A stretch of 64,000 nucleotides of DNA from Tubiluchus corallicola (lineage: Eukaryota > Animalia > Priapulida), in contig JAQGDQ010000045.1 in assembly GCA_030141605.1 (NCBI GenBank), positions 496,001 through 560,000 of the forward strand. The letters are read 5' to 3'. Within the stretch, counting starts at the first letter, position 1. Each line of letters opens with the position of its first letter. Positions 1 to 12,434 of the stretch are shown piece by piece. The notes under the pieces were generated by a model, which saw only the letters and a list, made by a program, of their open reading frames with translations, was not told the DNA's origin and searched no databases. Both the position numbers and the translations under genes were made by a program.

Positions 1-3000
1 TACAAAGGTGAGAAGACACTGAAATCGGTAAGATGCGATGTACAGCTGTCACTGCAGTTGCAACTCCAAACACAAAAACTACGGGAAGTTTTGGTGCGTG
101 AAAACTAAAAAAAATCCATTATTATTGTGACCTGTAGCCCTTGCATCAAACATTATATTTTCTACTGGTAAATGACTTACAAAAATGCATTAGTGTAACA
201 AAAACATTTTGGCAAAAAAACAAAAAACATAATACTCTCAATTTTTAATTCTATTATTATTAAAATGTCCACTTATTGACAATTACACAAGTTTTTTCCA
301 ATTTTAAATGACTAAGGAGTATGGAATTATGGCTTTAGTTACTGGCGATGCATCTTGTTCATTCTTATATATATCCAATGCAGTACAAGGAAGCACGGTT
401 TTTGAAAAAAACTATAATGTAACTGGCTCACAAGCATTTTAAGCCTGACTGTATAACTTTATAATGAACAGACGCACTTTTATCTTAACGAACACTGTTT
501 TTTTTGTAATAATAGAATTTAATAATTTTCTAAAGCAACAACTGTGACAACAGAATTTAAATTTACCTGCAAATGCTAACAAAATCTTGAAGAATATTTG
601 GCGTGAACGCTTCCAGATCTTCCAGTACTACAACAATAGGATCAACATGTTCCTGTGAACTATTTGTAGTTACTTCATCAGGCTTTCTTTTTCTTCTACT
701 TTTGCTCTTCATTTTGCTCTAAACATTGCACATACTTAAATCTATTTGATAGTAATGTTTTTTTACAATAAAACAAATTTTTACAGTTTTTGAAAATATA
801 AGGACAATAATTTATATTATATGTTATGGAAAATTAAGCTAATGACAGCTCAACATAACTTATATAAAATGTATATAAGTAAACGCCATATAATAAAATG
901 TTTCAAAAATTTTTGGTACACTTTGATATCAAACCAATGTCAGAAAAATTGTACACAATTTTAAATCAATGCTAGGTCTTTCAGAGCACTCAGACTTTTC
1001 AATTAAATATCGAATGATTCATATTTACCTGTTCGGTCAATTTTTCCCTATACCAAGAGCTCAAAGTTGCCATTGTGCAAAATTCTTTTAGATTTATATT
1101 CTCCAATTCTTCATCCTAAAACAAAACCTTAAAGAATGCAAAAGTATTACAGCAATCTTAATTTTGAAAAGTCTGCATGACACAACTTTTTTGGAATTTA
1201 CATTGCGTAGTCAATATGAATTTATTTAAGAATATAAATTACCGCTACAGCTCATAAACATGACACTCAGTGCAATACCACAAGTTTTTTGAAGCTTCTG
1301 AATGCCAAAACAAATTTGTTAGATACTTGCTGTTTGAACTGAAACTTTTGGTTACGTATGCAAAATGGGAATTTATAATAGTGGCAGTATAAATCTTTGT
1401 TTTAAGAGAGGATTACGTTTACATTTTCCTGTTTATCGACTGATTATTCTTGTTTGTCAAATAGTGTATTAACATAAACTGAAAATATTGCAAAAAACAG
1501 GAAAGTTTAATTGTATTATTGTTTGTGTTTTTGGTAACTATTGTAATTCATTGATATAATAAAGTCTGCTTGCGGAACTAAAGAAGGCAAGTAAAAGGCA
1601 AAGTCACAATTAAGTTTACAATATTTGTTTTTGGAGGTTGCAAATTCCAGACATATCCCAGATTAACTAGCTGACTGCGAATACAAGTAAAGCATCACAC
1701 AATGCTGCCTGCATCTCTAAACACACAATTATATATCTATCTTTGTTGTTCTTTACTGTGAAATGTTCAAGTAAAATTTGAAATGAAGAAAATGATTTAA
1801 AAACATTAACAAAATTTGTGCAATTACACTGTTATTGACTGAATGAATTCTCAAACAATTTAGCAAGGCCAGAAAATTCTCCATACCAGGCGATATTATG
1901 AAATCATAATTATATATGTTAACATGATCTCAACCAAAGCAAAACTTTTAATGTAAAAATGTACCATAGAAATGCTGTTCACAATTGCGAGGATAACTTG
2001 TGAGATGACAGCCTTTATACTGAGGCACGCCTTAGATTTAAGAACACAAACACTGGCAGTTACATTTTCTTTAATTAGAGTTACCAAGCTCTCTATAGTA
2101 TTTGAATGATCTGGCATATTAACACCTAAAACAAAAAGACATTGCATTATACTGGTAAACAAGTAAATGAGATTGTATTATGATAACTGTATTACACTAG
2201 CATATAAATTGTGCATGTGAAATAACCTAAGTTATTTTAGTTAAAAAAAACTAGGAAAATAAGTTTAAATAAATAATAAAACAGATGCATGTACCCATTA
2301 TCAATGCTGCTGTAGGAATTTCCCATTGAGCTGAACGTCGGTATTCATCCTCATTGGCACACGTACTACTACTGTATTCTGTCTTTGCTGCATCAACAAA
2401 TGCTAGCAAATCTACAAATACTTTTCTGTACAAATCTGTTTGCATAATCTAGATGAAAAACAGAAATTTGTTAGAATTTTATCAAAGAGACGAACATTTG
2501 TGAACCAAACTAACAAGGGAAGTTTTTTCTTTTATATCAATTTGTTTTTTTACTGATAAACCTACAGAAGATAGTAAATTAAATGATATAGGAAGTAATG
2601 GTAACTTTATTAGAAATGCTTCTAGTCTGCAAAATTTAAGATTTTAAGATAACACAAACAAATTTAAAAGTGTAATCTGTTTACCTTTATGTCAGCCTCC
2701 ATTTCTGACCACTTGTCACGAAAGAGATTACACGGTTTAATACATTCTCCAGCAGCTTTAGCATCTAAAAAGTATTAAATGTAACAGGAAATGCCTTTGT
2801 GGTGCATATGCAAACCCAAATAAATAGAATTAGTTCAGGCATTACTCTTGAACTAAAAATATTGTTGCAAAAAGGCACATTTAGGTGTTACTTCATGCGT
2901 AATTAAACAGTATAAATAAAAGTAAAAATAAGAAACAACTTACCTCTTATTTTGCTTTTCTGCTTGCTGGATTTTTGTCCGCGAAAGAAAAAACATCCCT

Positions 3001-5167
3001 GAAAGTCGAACAAATCCGAAATGCTAAAGCAATTTACCATTCCATTTAGGATAACAAATTTTATTGCTTTTTTACACAAAATGCTGTAAATTGTTGAAAT
3101 CTGATACACACACTGAACCAAATTTACAAATGGTTTAACAGACGATATATAATGCAAAGGAAAGAAAACTAAAACTTGAGACATAAAATCAAACGTACTA
3201 CTGCGTCAAAAATTATATTTTCACGTTATAATTTGACTATGATTATATAGTACCGGTGAAAACAAGTGTCATCTCATAAATCTAATTCAAACATGCTGGA
3301 GCACTAAGAAGTTATTATATTTTTATTTATATTACTTAATTACATCAATTTAAATTCATTAATAATAATTAAATCCAGCTAAATAATGGGGCTCAATAAT
3401 AGTGTTTTGTTTGATGGCAGCAGAAATCTAAACAATCCTGATGAACACAGATTTTGTACTCTTGAGGTCATTTCATTATGCTTCACTTTGAAATGTGATG
3501 ATTACATTAAATTTAAGGAGTGCACTGTAGTAGTTGCAAGAAGTGATGCAAAGCAAGAAAGCACAGCTATTCCATCTTAATTTTAGTTTCAGCATAGTGC
3601 TGTAATTCTTGCTCGTATCTTTCTTTGTCTTTTTCATACATATCAAAATAAATCTTTTTCTCAGTCGTACTCAGTTGCTTCCAGCGCGCTGCCATCAACT
3701 TTGTCAATTCCTGATGATTGACCTCTTGGCCGGGATGATTTTTGTTGTATTCCTCAACAGCACTATTCCTCTGCTGTTGGCAAAACATCAAAAACGCGTT
3801 TGCGGGTTTCTTCGGAGCATTTGGGTCCTTTTCCTTCTCTGTCTTTCTTCTTTTGGTTTCACTCGGTGAGGCTAGTGAATCAGAACTAAAAGGAACACCA
3901 GACAGTTTGAAAGGTTGAAGAACTCCGCGAGGGGCACTGTCCGATGTGACATTAAAATAAGGCTCATCTTCTCCAGGTACAAGAGCTTGAAAATCCCGAA
4001 AGTTGTCTCCATATTGATCAAGTCTTTTTATTAGAAACTTTCGTTGCTTTTTTAGTCGCTGTATGACTTTATGCACATAGTGAATGCGATTAATATATTT
4101 TTCATTATCTTGTTGGATCTGTTCGCATCGAAGCTTGAGAGTAAGGTATTTTTTCTTGTGCCTGTTGTCGTCATAATTTTGATGATTCAGCACTTGGAAA
4201 TCATCATTATTAAACAGCTGCTGATCATCCTCTATATCGTAATCTGTAGCCACCATGTCCATAGTTGTTATTTCTAAAGTTGGGCGTATAGTTCATCAAA
4301 TTTAAATGGCAATGTCTTCCTGACAGAAAAACAAATACTGCCTTAAATACGACACAGAAAAATTTAAAATCACGTGCATTAGGTGAAAAAAATATTTTCA
4401 GTAGGTTTTACTGTTGCTTAAAATTTCAACTACTCTTCGTGTTTCCTAAATACTAGCCTCTATTTACCACAGAATTATCAGAATTTAATACCTGCATGGA
4501 TAAGTAAAGACTATGGCATGCACAACAGTCACCTACATAACATTTTAAGCTTCAGATTTGTCTACTGCAATTTTAAAACTGGCAGACCCAAATACACCCC
4601 TTGCTGGTATTTTGTTTATCATACCATTAATAATTTATTATACTGTGGATAAACTATTAGAGACACCTGCCTGATCATTTTCGTAAGACTGCTATGTAAG
4701 CGCTACAGGAAATACATGCTGTACATAAAAATTATACACATTAAAATCTGTAAATAAGAACAGTATTTGTAAGAGAGAGCTGAGAGTTAGTTGCTCGAGC
4801 CAGAATGTGCATATTGTGTTGTTAAAAATTCAGTTTCAGTTAATGATTATTTATGACCAGGAAAATCAATTTTAACCCAAATAATTGAAATGTGTGCCTA
4901 CACTTGTTAATTCGTAAACATAATGCATGTAACATGTTAGAAAATAAAAAATATTTAATAAATTGAAACTTTTGTAATTTATAACTTTAAATTTACACAT
5001 TTGTTTTTTCACCCTGTGAGGCCCTAAGCTATAGCTTATTTATCTTGTTTAAATCCTGCTCTGCATGAATTGTGGACGGGTTTGTGAAAAAGATCATGGA
5101 GAAAAGAGAAGCTATATTGTTTTTGCCTTACCTTTGTAAATGAATCAGTAACAGCTGAGTCAATCAT
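1..5167 (-). CDS. ORC3: Origin recognition complex subunit 3, 5' part (gene continues beyond the left edge)
   Basis: Coding exons with GT-AG borders and consistent phases: 5167-5132, 2998-2944, 2764-2685, 2448-2295, 2125-1965, 1115-1029, 718-567, 104-<1. Spliced protein: MIDSAVTDSFTK|GCFFFRGQK...WEIPTAALIM|GVNMPDH...PIVVVLEDLEAFTPNILQDFVSICS|FHAPKLPVVFVFGVATAVTAVHRILPISVSSHLC. This matches recalled ORC3 motifs (SKGCFVFK, EIPTAALVLGVN.DH, VVILKD.E.F...VLQDFI.I.S, LIFGIAT). Confidence 0.95.
3567..4262 (-). CDS. TFPT: TFPT/Amida (INO80 subunit)-like coiled coil plus C-terminal HMG box, 231 aa, Nhp10-like architecture; nested in an ORC3 intron
   Basis: Intact 231-aa ORF. KKYLTLKLRCEQIQQDNEKYINRIHYVHKVIQRLKKQRKFLIKRLDQYGDNFR resembles the recalled TFPT/INO80E-type coiled coil. 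KDPNAPKKPANAFLMFC...WKQLSTTEKKIYFDMYEKDKERYEQEL is a canonical HMG box. Upstream acceptor ttttctgtcag|G gives an exon start at 4319; AATAAA on the minus strand near 3322-3327. Confidence 0.85.
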   Translation of the reverse strand: MDMVATDYDIEDDQQLFNNDDFQVLNHQNYDDNRHKKKYLTLKLRCEQIQQDNEKYINRIHYVHKVIQRLKKQRKFLIKRLDQYGDNFRDFQALVPGEDEPYFNVTSDSAPRGVLQPFKLSGVPFSSDSLASPSETKRRKTEKEKDPNAPKKPANAFLMFCQQQRNSAVEEYNKNHPGQEVNHQELTKLMAARWKQLSTTEKKIYFDMYEKDKERYEQELQHYAETKIKME

Positions 5168-5254
5168 CTTTGCATATATTATACTTTTCACACAATCAGC
5201 AAACCTAGAAACATGTGAATTAAAAATTGAAAATGCAAATTGTATATATTCATT

Positions 5255-7480
5255 TTAATTCAATTTATTTTATTGACTTCACAAAATTATCAGATCAGAA
5301 GCAGTAATTACAGTATAATGTGACCAAAGCAAAGAAGAAGGGTGGTGGAGAACCTGCAGATTCTCTAGTCAACCACCTTTATATACCTAAGATTCCAAAA
5401 TATTAGTAACGGCACTGTTATCAATTTTATATTAATATGAAGAACATAACTGAGAAGTGAATGGCTTAAGTAACAAAATTATTGTTAGAAAGTGTAATAC
5501 CGAAAACCGTAATTAAAAAATTAACCAAAATTTACAATAGAAAGAAGGTTTTGCAAATCAATGAAAGATAATTTAGCATAAAAAAGTGCAAAACTTGAAC
5601 ATTAACTTCAATGTCAGGCAACAAAAACAAAAACAAAAGAATTATCAACACAGCTAAAGGTATCAACACGGAGATTATAATAAATTAAACCAATGAAAAA
5701 CTAAGCTAAATATAAATCAAACAAAACAAATTAAAATAGTCACAATAAAATCAAAACAAAACAGAATAAAGTCGTTACAATGAAAAAATAATATACATAA
5801 ATAAGTAATCAAAGTCCATAACATAAAATAAATGGCAAGAAGAATCAAGGGAATGAAAGTTACAAAAACAGAACATAACCCAAACTATCTTAAATAATTT
5901 TGCACATATTGCCAGAAGCAAAATTGTAAAAGATAATGATTTAAAAATAACAAAATTAATTTGCCGAATTTTTGAATTAAAAATAACGAGACATTTGGGA
6001 CCAAGTGTAATTAGTTATACTGAACAAATAACACAATATCTATATCATTCCTTTGCAATCATAATAAGTTGTTTAAGTTATTTTTTTTAAAATTTAGAAC
6101 AAATTTATTATATTGGTATGATAGTAAATTCCACAGCAAGGATCCTTGGTGTATTACTTGAATTAAATCTTTTGATAAAATAAGACTGGGTGGTAGTAAA
6201 ACCTCGTAGGATGATGATGAATACAGCACGCTAAAGTATAATAATTGAAAGAGATCAGGGAGCGAATTGTTTTTGAATACATGCACATATATATTATATA
6301 TATAATATAAATATATAATATATTTAATATATATTATTACATAATTTATTTTTTGCAATTATTTTTACAATTTTCAATACATTGGGGTAAGTACCTTCTA
6401 CAAATTTATTGTACAGCATAGTTAGTAATGGATAGCTTATAACTGTCATAGTTGGTATAATTGATTTGAAATGTTTTCAGGTCTAGTAGACATATTTATT
6501 TTTAGTGCAACAGAAGTTTTAGAAGAAACTTCTCACCCAATAATTAGCACAAAGCGGAGTTTTGATTAGACATTCGAAGATAAGAATCAAATGTTATTGA
6601 AGCAGGCGGTACCTTTTTGCCATATTAGAACCAAATGATGCAAAATAATTATTCATAAACTCACAGAAAGCAATCTCAGCATGATTTGTTACCAGTTTGG
6701 TTGTAGTTATGTGCTGCTTATTTTGTCTATTCAGCAAATCATTCAATGTAGTCCATATCTTTCTAATATTAGTTTTATTACAATTTAATGAAGTAGTATA
6801 ATTGTTTTCTTTAGCTGTTTATACAAGCAGATGAAGTTTATTGGAAAATTGTTTATTCTGATTAACTTCCAGAACCATACTAGTTGTGGTCTTACAGTCT
6901 TTGTATAATCTACGATTTGTTGTCTATGGCTTAGAAAAAGTAACTTTCTCAGTTTTTGACAGTGTTTTAACTGTGGCGCGTTTATTAAGGACTTCTTGAT
7001 ATATTTGGAAAAAAGTAGTAAAGTTCCTGTTTTAAAGTTTTTCTTAACTATCAAATTACCAAGATGTTTTTATAATAAGGAACACAGGTAGCTTATCTGA
7101 TATTTTCGTAATACCAAATATAATTGGATTAGATAGATTATTTGAATATATAGCGTCAATAAGTGTCTAAGAATAATTGGTTATTCTAGTTGGCTATGTG
7201 ACTAACGGAAAAAACTTAACAGAATAGAGTAAATTGAAAATAGTCTGCAATAAATGTTGTCTGTTCTATTTGCATGGGATTAAGATTAGTATCGCCGCAG
7301 ACATAATGGCTGATAATATAAAGTCCATTTCACTATGAAAATGTCGAACACATTTACTTGGATATTTGGAGATCACACCAAATATAATCGGTTTCTGTTA
7401 ACCAGGTATTTGAATATCAACCACAGGTCCTCGACCGGTGTACATGGAATTTGGGTAACGCTCTAGTATAAGCCATACAG
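5255..7480 (-). mobile_element. Heavily decayed non-LTR retrotransposon (CR1/L2-type LINE)
   Basis: Minus-strand relic motifs in the expected order: endonuclease-like PTRIT (~7180-7195), TLID (~7155-7167) and ISDKLPVF (~7080-7103, cf. ISDHLPIF); RT-like QGSLL (~6134-6149, cf. GVPQGSILGP); AATAAA plus a simple AT-rich tail near 5255-5275. Many stops and frameshifts; boundaries approximate. Confidence 0.7.
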
Positions 7481-8145
7481 TATTAGACTCACAATTAATA
7501 GAATCAGTCGCCTAATTGGCTCAGAAATGTCTGGACTGGTAGCTCCCATTTAAACGTATATAAAACTATCAGCAATTGACTCAAATAACTCTGCATATTG
7601 ACACAATATTTTTGCTTCACAACCTTAAATAAGATAATTATGTGTGACAAAAGTAGATAGAAGCACCTTTATTACTTTATGCCATGCTTACTTTGCTTAA
7701 AATTCTTTATGTTAATCATATTAATTGTGTTAAGTACAGTTTTGTTTGTCGGCAGGTATGTTCATTATGAGTTAATGTGCTAGCTGACGTTTTTGCTTTG
7801 AATCTGTCACCCACTTGTCTGCTGCAATTACGCTCTTTGCCCAAGAATTTATGGAAGCCAAACTTTTAAATCACATAAGTTGCGGTTTGCTTTTGTAGCT
7901 CGTTGCTTTTCTCAAGACGTTTGACTAAGCATAAGCCTAAAGACCTAATATTTAAAACTCTCACAGCTTTTGCAGTGCATATTAAGCTGAAGAGTGATGA
8001 CTTATACTTTTACACTAATAATCCCCCACCCCATTATTATTAATGGGGGTAATAATACTACGCGAATCGTCTAATAGATTCAGTTGGTTAACTGGGTCAA
8101 AACATTTCCATCCCAGAATGAGTCTATTAGCCAGCACCTGCTATA

Positions 8146-8641
8146 CAGTGGCCGCCGCTTATTATGGACACGGTTATTGTGGACAGCCGGTTATTGTGGA
8201 CAACTCGCGAGGGACGGAATTTTCCCCTAATAAAATCCGCCGGTTAATATGGACAACCGCCGCTTAATATGGACAGCGAACATTCTTGGCACGTGAACCA
8301 GCCGTGCTAACCACGGCCTGCGCGCGTGATTGAAAAGAGCTTCCCGCTCTGCTGCCTGTGTGAGTCATTGCATCAGTCAGTTCGCCGTTTGCCGTGGCCT
8401 TGAGAGCTTCGAAACTGTGATAACTTCCTTCCGTTCAAGGTTGAGAGAAAAGTTTCCTGCCAAACAAACTCGTCTGACTTCTTTTTTTCAATAAAACAGG
8501 AGACGAGTTGATACAGACAGTTTTTTGCCTTTTTTAATGAAGGGGAAGGGTCTTCATGGGTCACTTCGCTTAATATGGACAGCCGCTTAATATGGACATA
8601 CACTGCTGGCCCGAGGTGTCCACAATAAGCGGCGGCCACTG
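8146..8641. mobile_element. Non-autonomous Tc1/mariner (pogo/Tigger-like) MITE, 496 bp
   Basis: TA on both sides (8144-8145, 8642-8643). 26-bp TIR CAGTGGCCGCCGCTTATT(A/G)TGGACAC with one mismatch. Subterminal iterations of CCG(C/G)TTA(A/T)T(A/G)TGGACA at both ends. Confidence 0.93.
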
Positions 8642-9122
8642 TACTGCCATTCTTGTTTACAGTTCTCATTTCTATAAGACTGTTATTTTTAATTTTGTAT
8701 CTATCATATTTTTGAACATGAACATCTGTGATTGCAAACATGTAACACTACTGAACAATTTGCTTCAGCGAATTTACCTCATCAATCTTAATCTCTTCTA
8801 GTAAGCTTACAAATGTCAGACCTATCAGATGGCCAGTGAAAGTGTGCAACCAAAGTGGTTGGTGTTCCAAGCAGTATAATTTTCAATGCACTTCAGGGCT
8901 TTCAACGGCTTTTATACGAGCTAAAATTTGGAATGTCAGGTTATAAGACTTACATTTTCTCTTTTTTCAGACACTAGGTCTTTTACAAATTGCAAGTCTA
9001 CTGACTTCCGACTCTGTACTAAGTTGGCCAGGAATATAGCCTACAAATTTATAAAATATTTCAGCAAAAATAAATAGTACTTAGTAGATTCAGATTTACA
9101 AACTTCGTAAGGTAAATTATTA

Positions 9123-9320
9123 CCTGCTACATGTAAACGAAAATATTTCGGCCGTTCTTCAGATTGCGGTTTACCTGCCACTGTCACGCGCTACAAAATT
9201 GTAATGCAAAATACAAAGTGAATTTAACCAATGTAAAACAATGTAAACTTTGCAAAGAGCAAACTGACCGCGTCTGTACATGTTTCTAGCACGAAGCGGA
9301 AACTCGCAAAATGTCTTTTC
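9123..9320 (-). promoter_or_regulatory. Candidate non-coding 5' exon and promoter region for ORC3/TFPT-like
   Basis: Locally CpG-richer patch with two minus-strand CAG|GTAA donors (near 9123 and 9175). The ORC3 ATG exon (acceptor at 5204) and the TFPT-like exon (acceptor at 4319) both appear to need an upstream exon. The assignment is inference. Confidence 0.4.
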
Positions 9321-9351
9321 TGCTAGGACAAAGAATACAGACCACAGAAAG

Positions 9352-12300
9352 TAGAGCGCCTACCAAAGTGTAAAAAGAGAAAGTGTCGAAATTTGTTACG
9401 TATTTCATTTTTGCGATTAGCGGCTATGCTGGCGGCATCAAACCGCGGATGATTAAAAAATTTGAGCGGCGCATTGCCTGTAATAATAATATTCTTAAGT
9501 TCACCAATAATGTTGGCATACGCGCAATTTCGATAAGCCAAAATCACTTTTGCGTTTTTAATAAAAGAAGACTATCTCAATTAAAAGCAATTATTAGTTT
9601 AAAAAAACTGAAAACATTTAATGAGAAGGAAAAAATTGTAGCAATAAGTTTGTATTATGTACTTGCAAATACTTCTTCAGTTTTCTTGTAAATAAAATTT
9701 TATTGTTCTTCCTGAGGAAAGAGGCTAACTGACTGCGTGATGGGCTGCCTACTATGTAAAAAAGTAATGCATTTTTTATTGATTTATTGATTTCTCTCTC
9801 CCTCCCTCTCTCTCTAAGAGAGAAAGAGAGAGACAAGAAGAGGAAGAGAGACAGTGAAAGGGAGGGAGAGTGAGAGAAACACAGAGAGAGAGAGAGGGAG
9901 GGAGAGAGAGGCAGAGAGAGAGAGACAGAGGGAGAGAGACAGAGACAGAGATCCTTCTTTTCCTTTTGTTGAAGGTTCTGCCATTTGGTAGCGAATTTGG
10001 CACATTAAAAATTGCACCCATTTACGTGCCCTGCTATTAATCTATATAATTACACATATATTATATTGTAGGTTGGTATATAAATAATTCGCACACGCAT
10101 ACATGCACACAACAAGTAAATGCATACAGTGCTTCATATATAAATAGTCATTACAGTAGTAGAGATGAGTAGGACTGAACTATCACCCTAGGACGTCGTA
10201 ACGTCTTGATACACCCATGCACACAGACTCACATACATGTATGATGTATGCATTATTACATACAAAGATTCTATGAAGCTGAGCCTATATACTTAACTAT
10301 ATAAAATGATTGCCCTTAGCACCTAGGACTGTATATAATCAATTAATTTAAGCCCATCAATAAATAATATTTATCAAGACTTGTCAGTGGATTTAGCCAC
10401 AGGTGTTTTATTAGTGCGCTTATACAAGTACATTTTTCACACGTAAACAAACTGTATATAATGAACAGTTATTTGACGTAAGCCTAACTGAATCTTAAAA
10501 AAATAGGCTAAATATAAGTGACGTCTACACATGATATATAATGTGTTATGACCCATGTGCAGATTCTAATTTATGCGCCAGGCTGGCTTCTCTCCTGAAT
10601 TCCGTAACTTGATTTTGACCTAGTTAGTTGGTTGTTATAGAGGTGGAAGTAATGCCGGCTTTAGGATGACAACTCTGATGTTTCGTTTGTTATTTTTTGT
10701 TCACTAGTAATAAAAAAGAGGAGTAATGTTATAAATGCATCTCTGTTTGTTCAACGTGATTTTATAACCAACTCCAACTCATAACAAAGGCCAATGTATG
10801 ATTATATGCTTTTTAAACATCTTTTAACTTGGAACTAACAAAACATGTAGATGCTTAGATTAAGTTCTGTTCTGGAAAAATAAATTGCTTTCTGAAAAAA
10901 ATCAATCTGAAAAAACCGCTAAGGCGACACTAACTGCGCGAACTGCTGCGCCGTAGGACTTTTCCTACTGTGTTTTTGTATACTTTGATACTACTGTGCA
11001 ACAATTCGCACAGTTAGCGGCACAGCAGTACGGACTGTTGTTGTCAGGTACGCCATAGCGCAAGCTGTTCGCACACGGGTGTCTACTGTAGCAGATGAAT
11101 TGATGAGACCACCAAAGCCTGGCCGGTCGACAGGCGCTCATAACTTGCTCAGCAGTAAGTTGCAAAAACACAAATAAAAATATCTTTTTGAATTTCCCGA
11201 GGATGCAGCCAGGTAATTATAACAGTGTTTTGTAACTTTTGTTACAAGTTAAATATTTTGTACACAAAGCAAAGACTGCCAAGGCCTACATCTGTCTTTG
11301 GCGATTTATAGCAGCTGTTATATTTTTGAATATTATTTTTTCAGGAGAGCAAATAATTTTTCCAGAACAAAACTTAATCTGGGCATCTGCATGTTTTGTT
11401 AATTCCAAGTTAAAAGATGCTTTAAAAACCATATAATCATATATTGGCCTTTGTTATAAGTTGGAGTTGGTTATAAAATCACGTTAAAAAACAGAGATGC
11501 ATTTACGACATTACTCCTCTTTTTTCTTGTCAGTGAACAAAAAATAACAAAACGAAACATCAGAGCTGTCATCCTAAGCAGCCAACATTACTTCCACCTC
11601 TATAACAACCAACTAACTAGGTCAAAATCAAGTTACAGAATTCAGGTGAAAAGCCAATCTGGCGCATCAATTAGAATCTGCACATGGGTCATAACATTTT
11701 ATATATCATGTGTAGACGTCACTTATATTTAGCCTAATTTTTTTAAGATTCAGTTAGGCTTAGTCAAAATAAATGCTCATTAAATACACTTTGTTTACAT
11801 GTAAAAATGTACTTGTATAAGCGTACTAACAAAGCACTTGTGGCTAAATCCACAGACAAGTCTTGATAAATATTATTTATTGATGGGCTTAAATTAATGG
11901 CCTAGGTGCTAAGTGCAATCATTTTATATTGTTAAATATGTAGGCTCAGCTTCATAGAGTCTTTGTATGAAATAATGCGTACATCATACATGTATATGAG
12001 TGTGTGTGCATGGGTGTATCAAGACGTTATAACGCCCTAGGCTGTAGGTTCAGTCCTACTCATCTCTACTACTGTATTGATTATTTATATTTGAAGCACT
12101 GTAAGCAATTACTTGTTGTGTACATTATTTATATACAAACCTACAATATAATATATGTGTAATTATATAGATTAATTGCTGGGCACGTAAATGGGTGCAA
12201 TTTTTAATGTGCCAAATCCGCTACCTCACATTGGAGTAAAACGACCAAGAAACAAATGGCAGAACCTGCATCAAAAGGAAAAGAAGGATCTCTCTCTGTG

Positions 12301-12368
12301 TGTCGCTCTCTCCCTCCCTCCCTCGCTCTCGCTGTCTCTCTCTCTCCCTCCCTTTCACTGTCTGTCTT

Positions 12369-12434
<66 letters not shown>

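Noticed and set aside
5015-5063. hAT-like right end (GAGGCCCTAAGC...AATCCTGCTCTG)
   Set aside because: No matching left TIR or TSD found.
9145-9170. Minus-strand CTGAAGA-ACGGCC-GAAA resembling a minimal hammerhead core
   Set aside because: Stem II closing pair is A-C and no stem I or III partner is present; likely chance.
11100-11135. TTGATGA-GACC...GGTC-GACA hammerhead-like motif in the foldback spacer
   Set aside because: Both core boxes deviate, no helix III or cleavage triplet is evident, and it overlaps the putative THAP start region.
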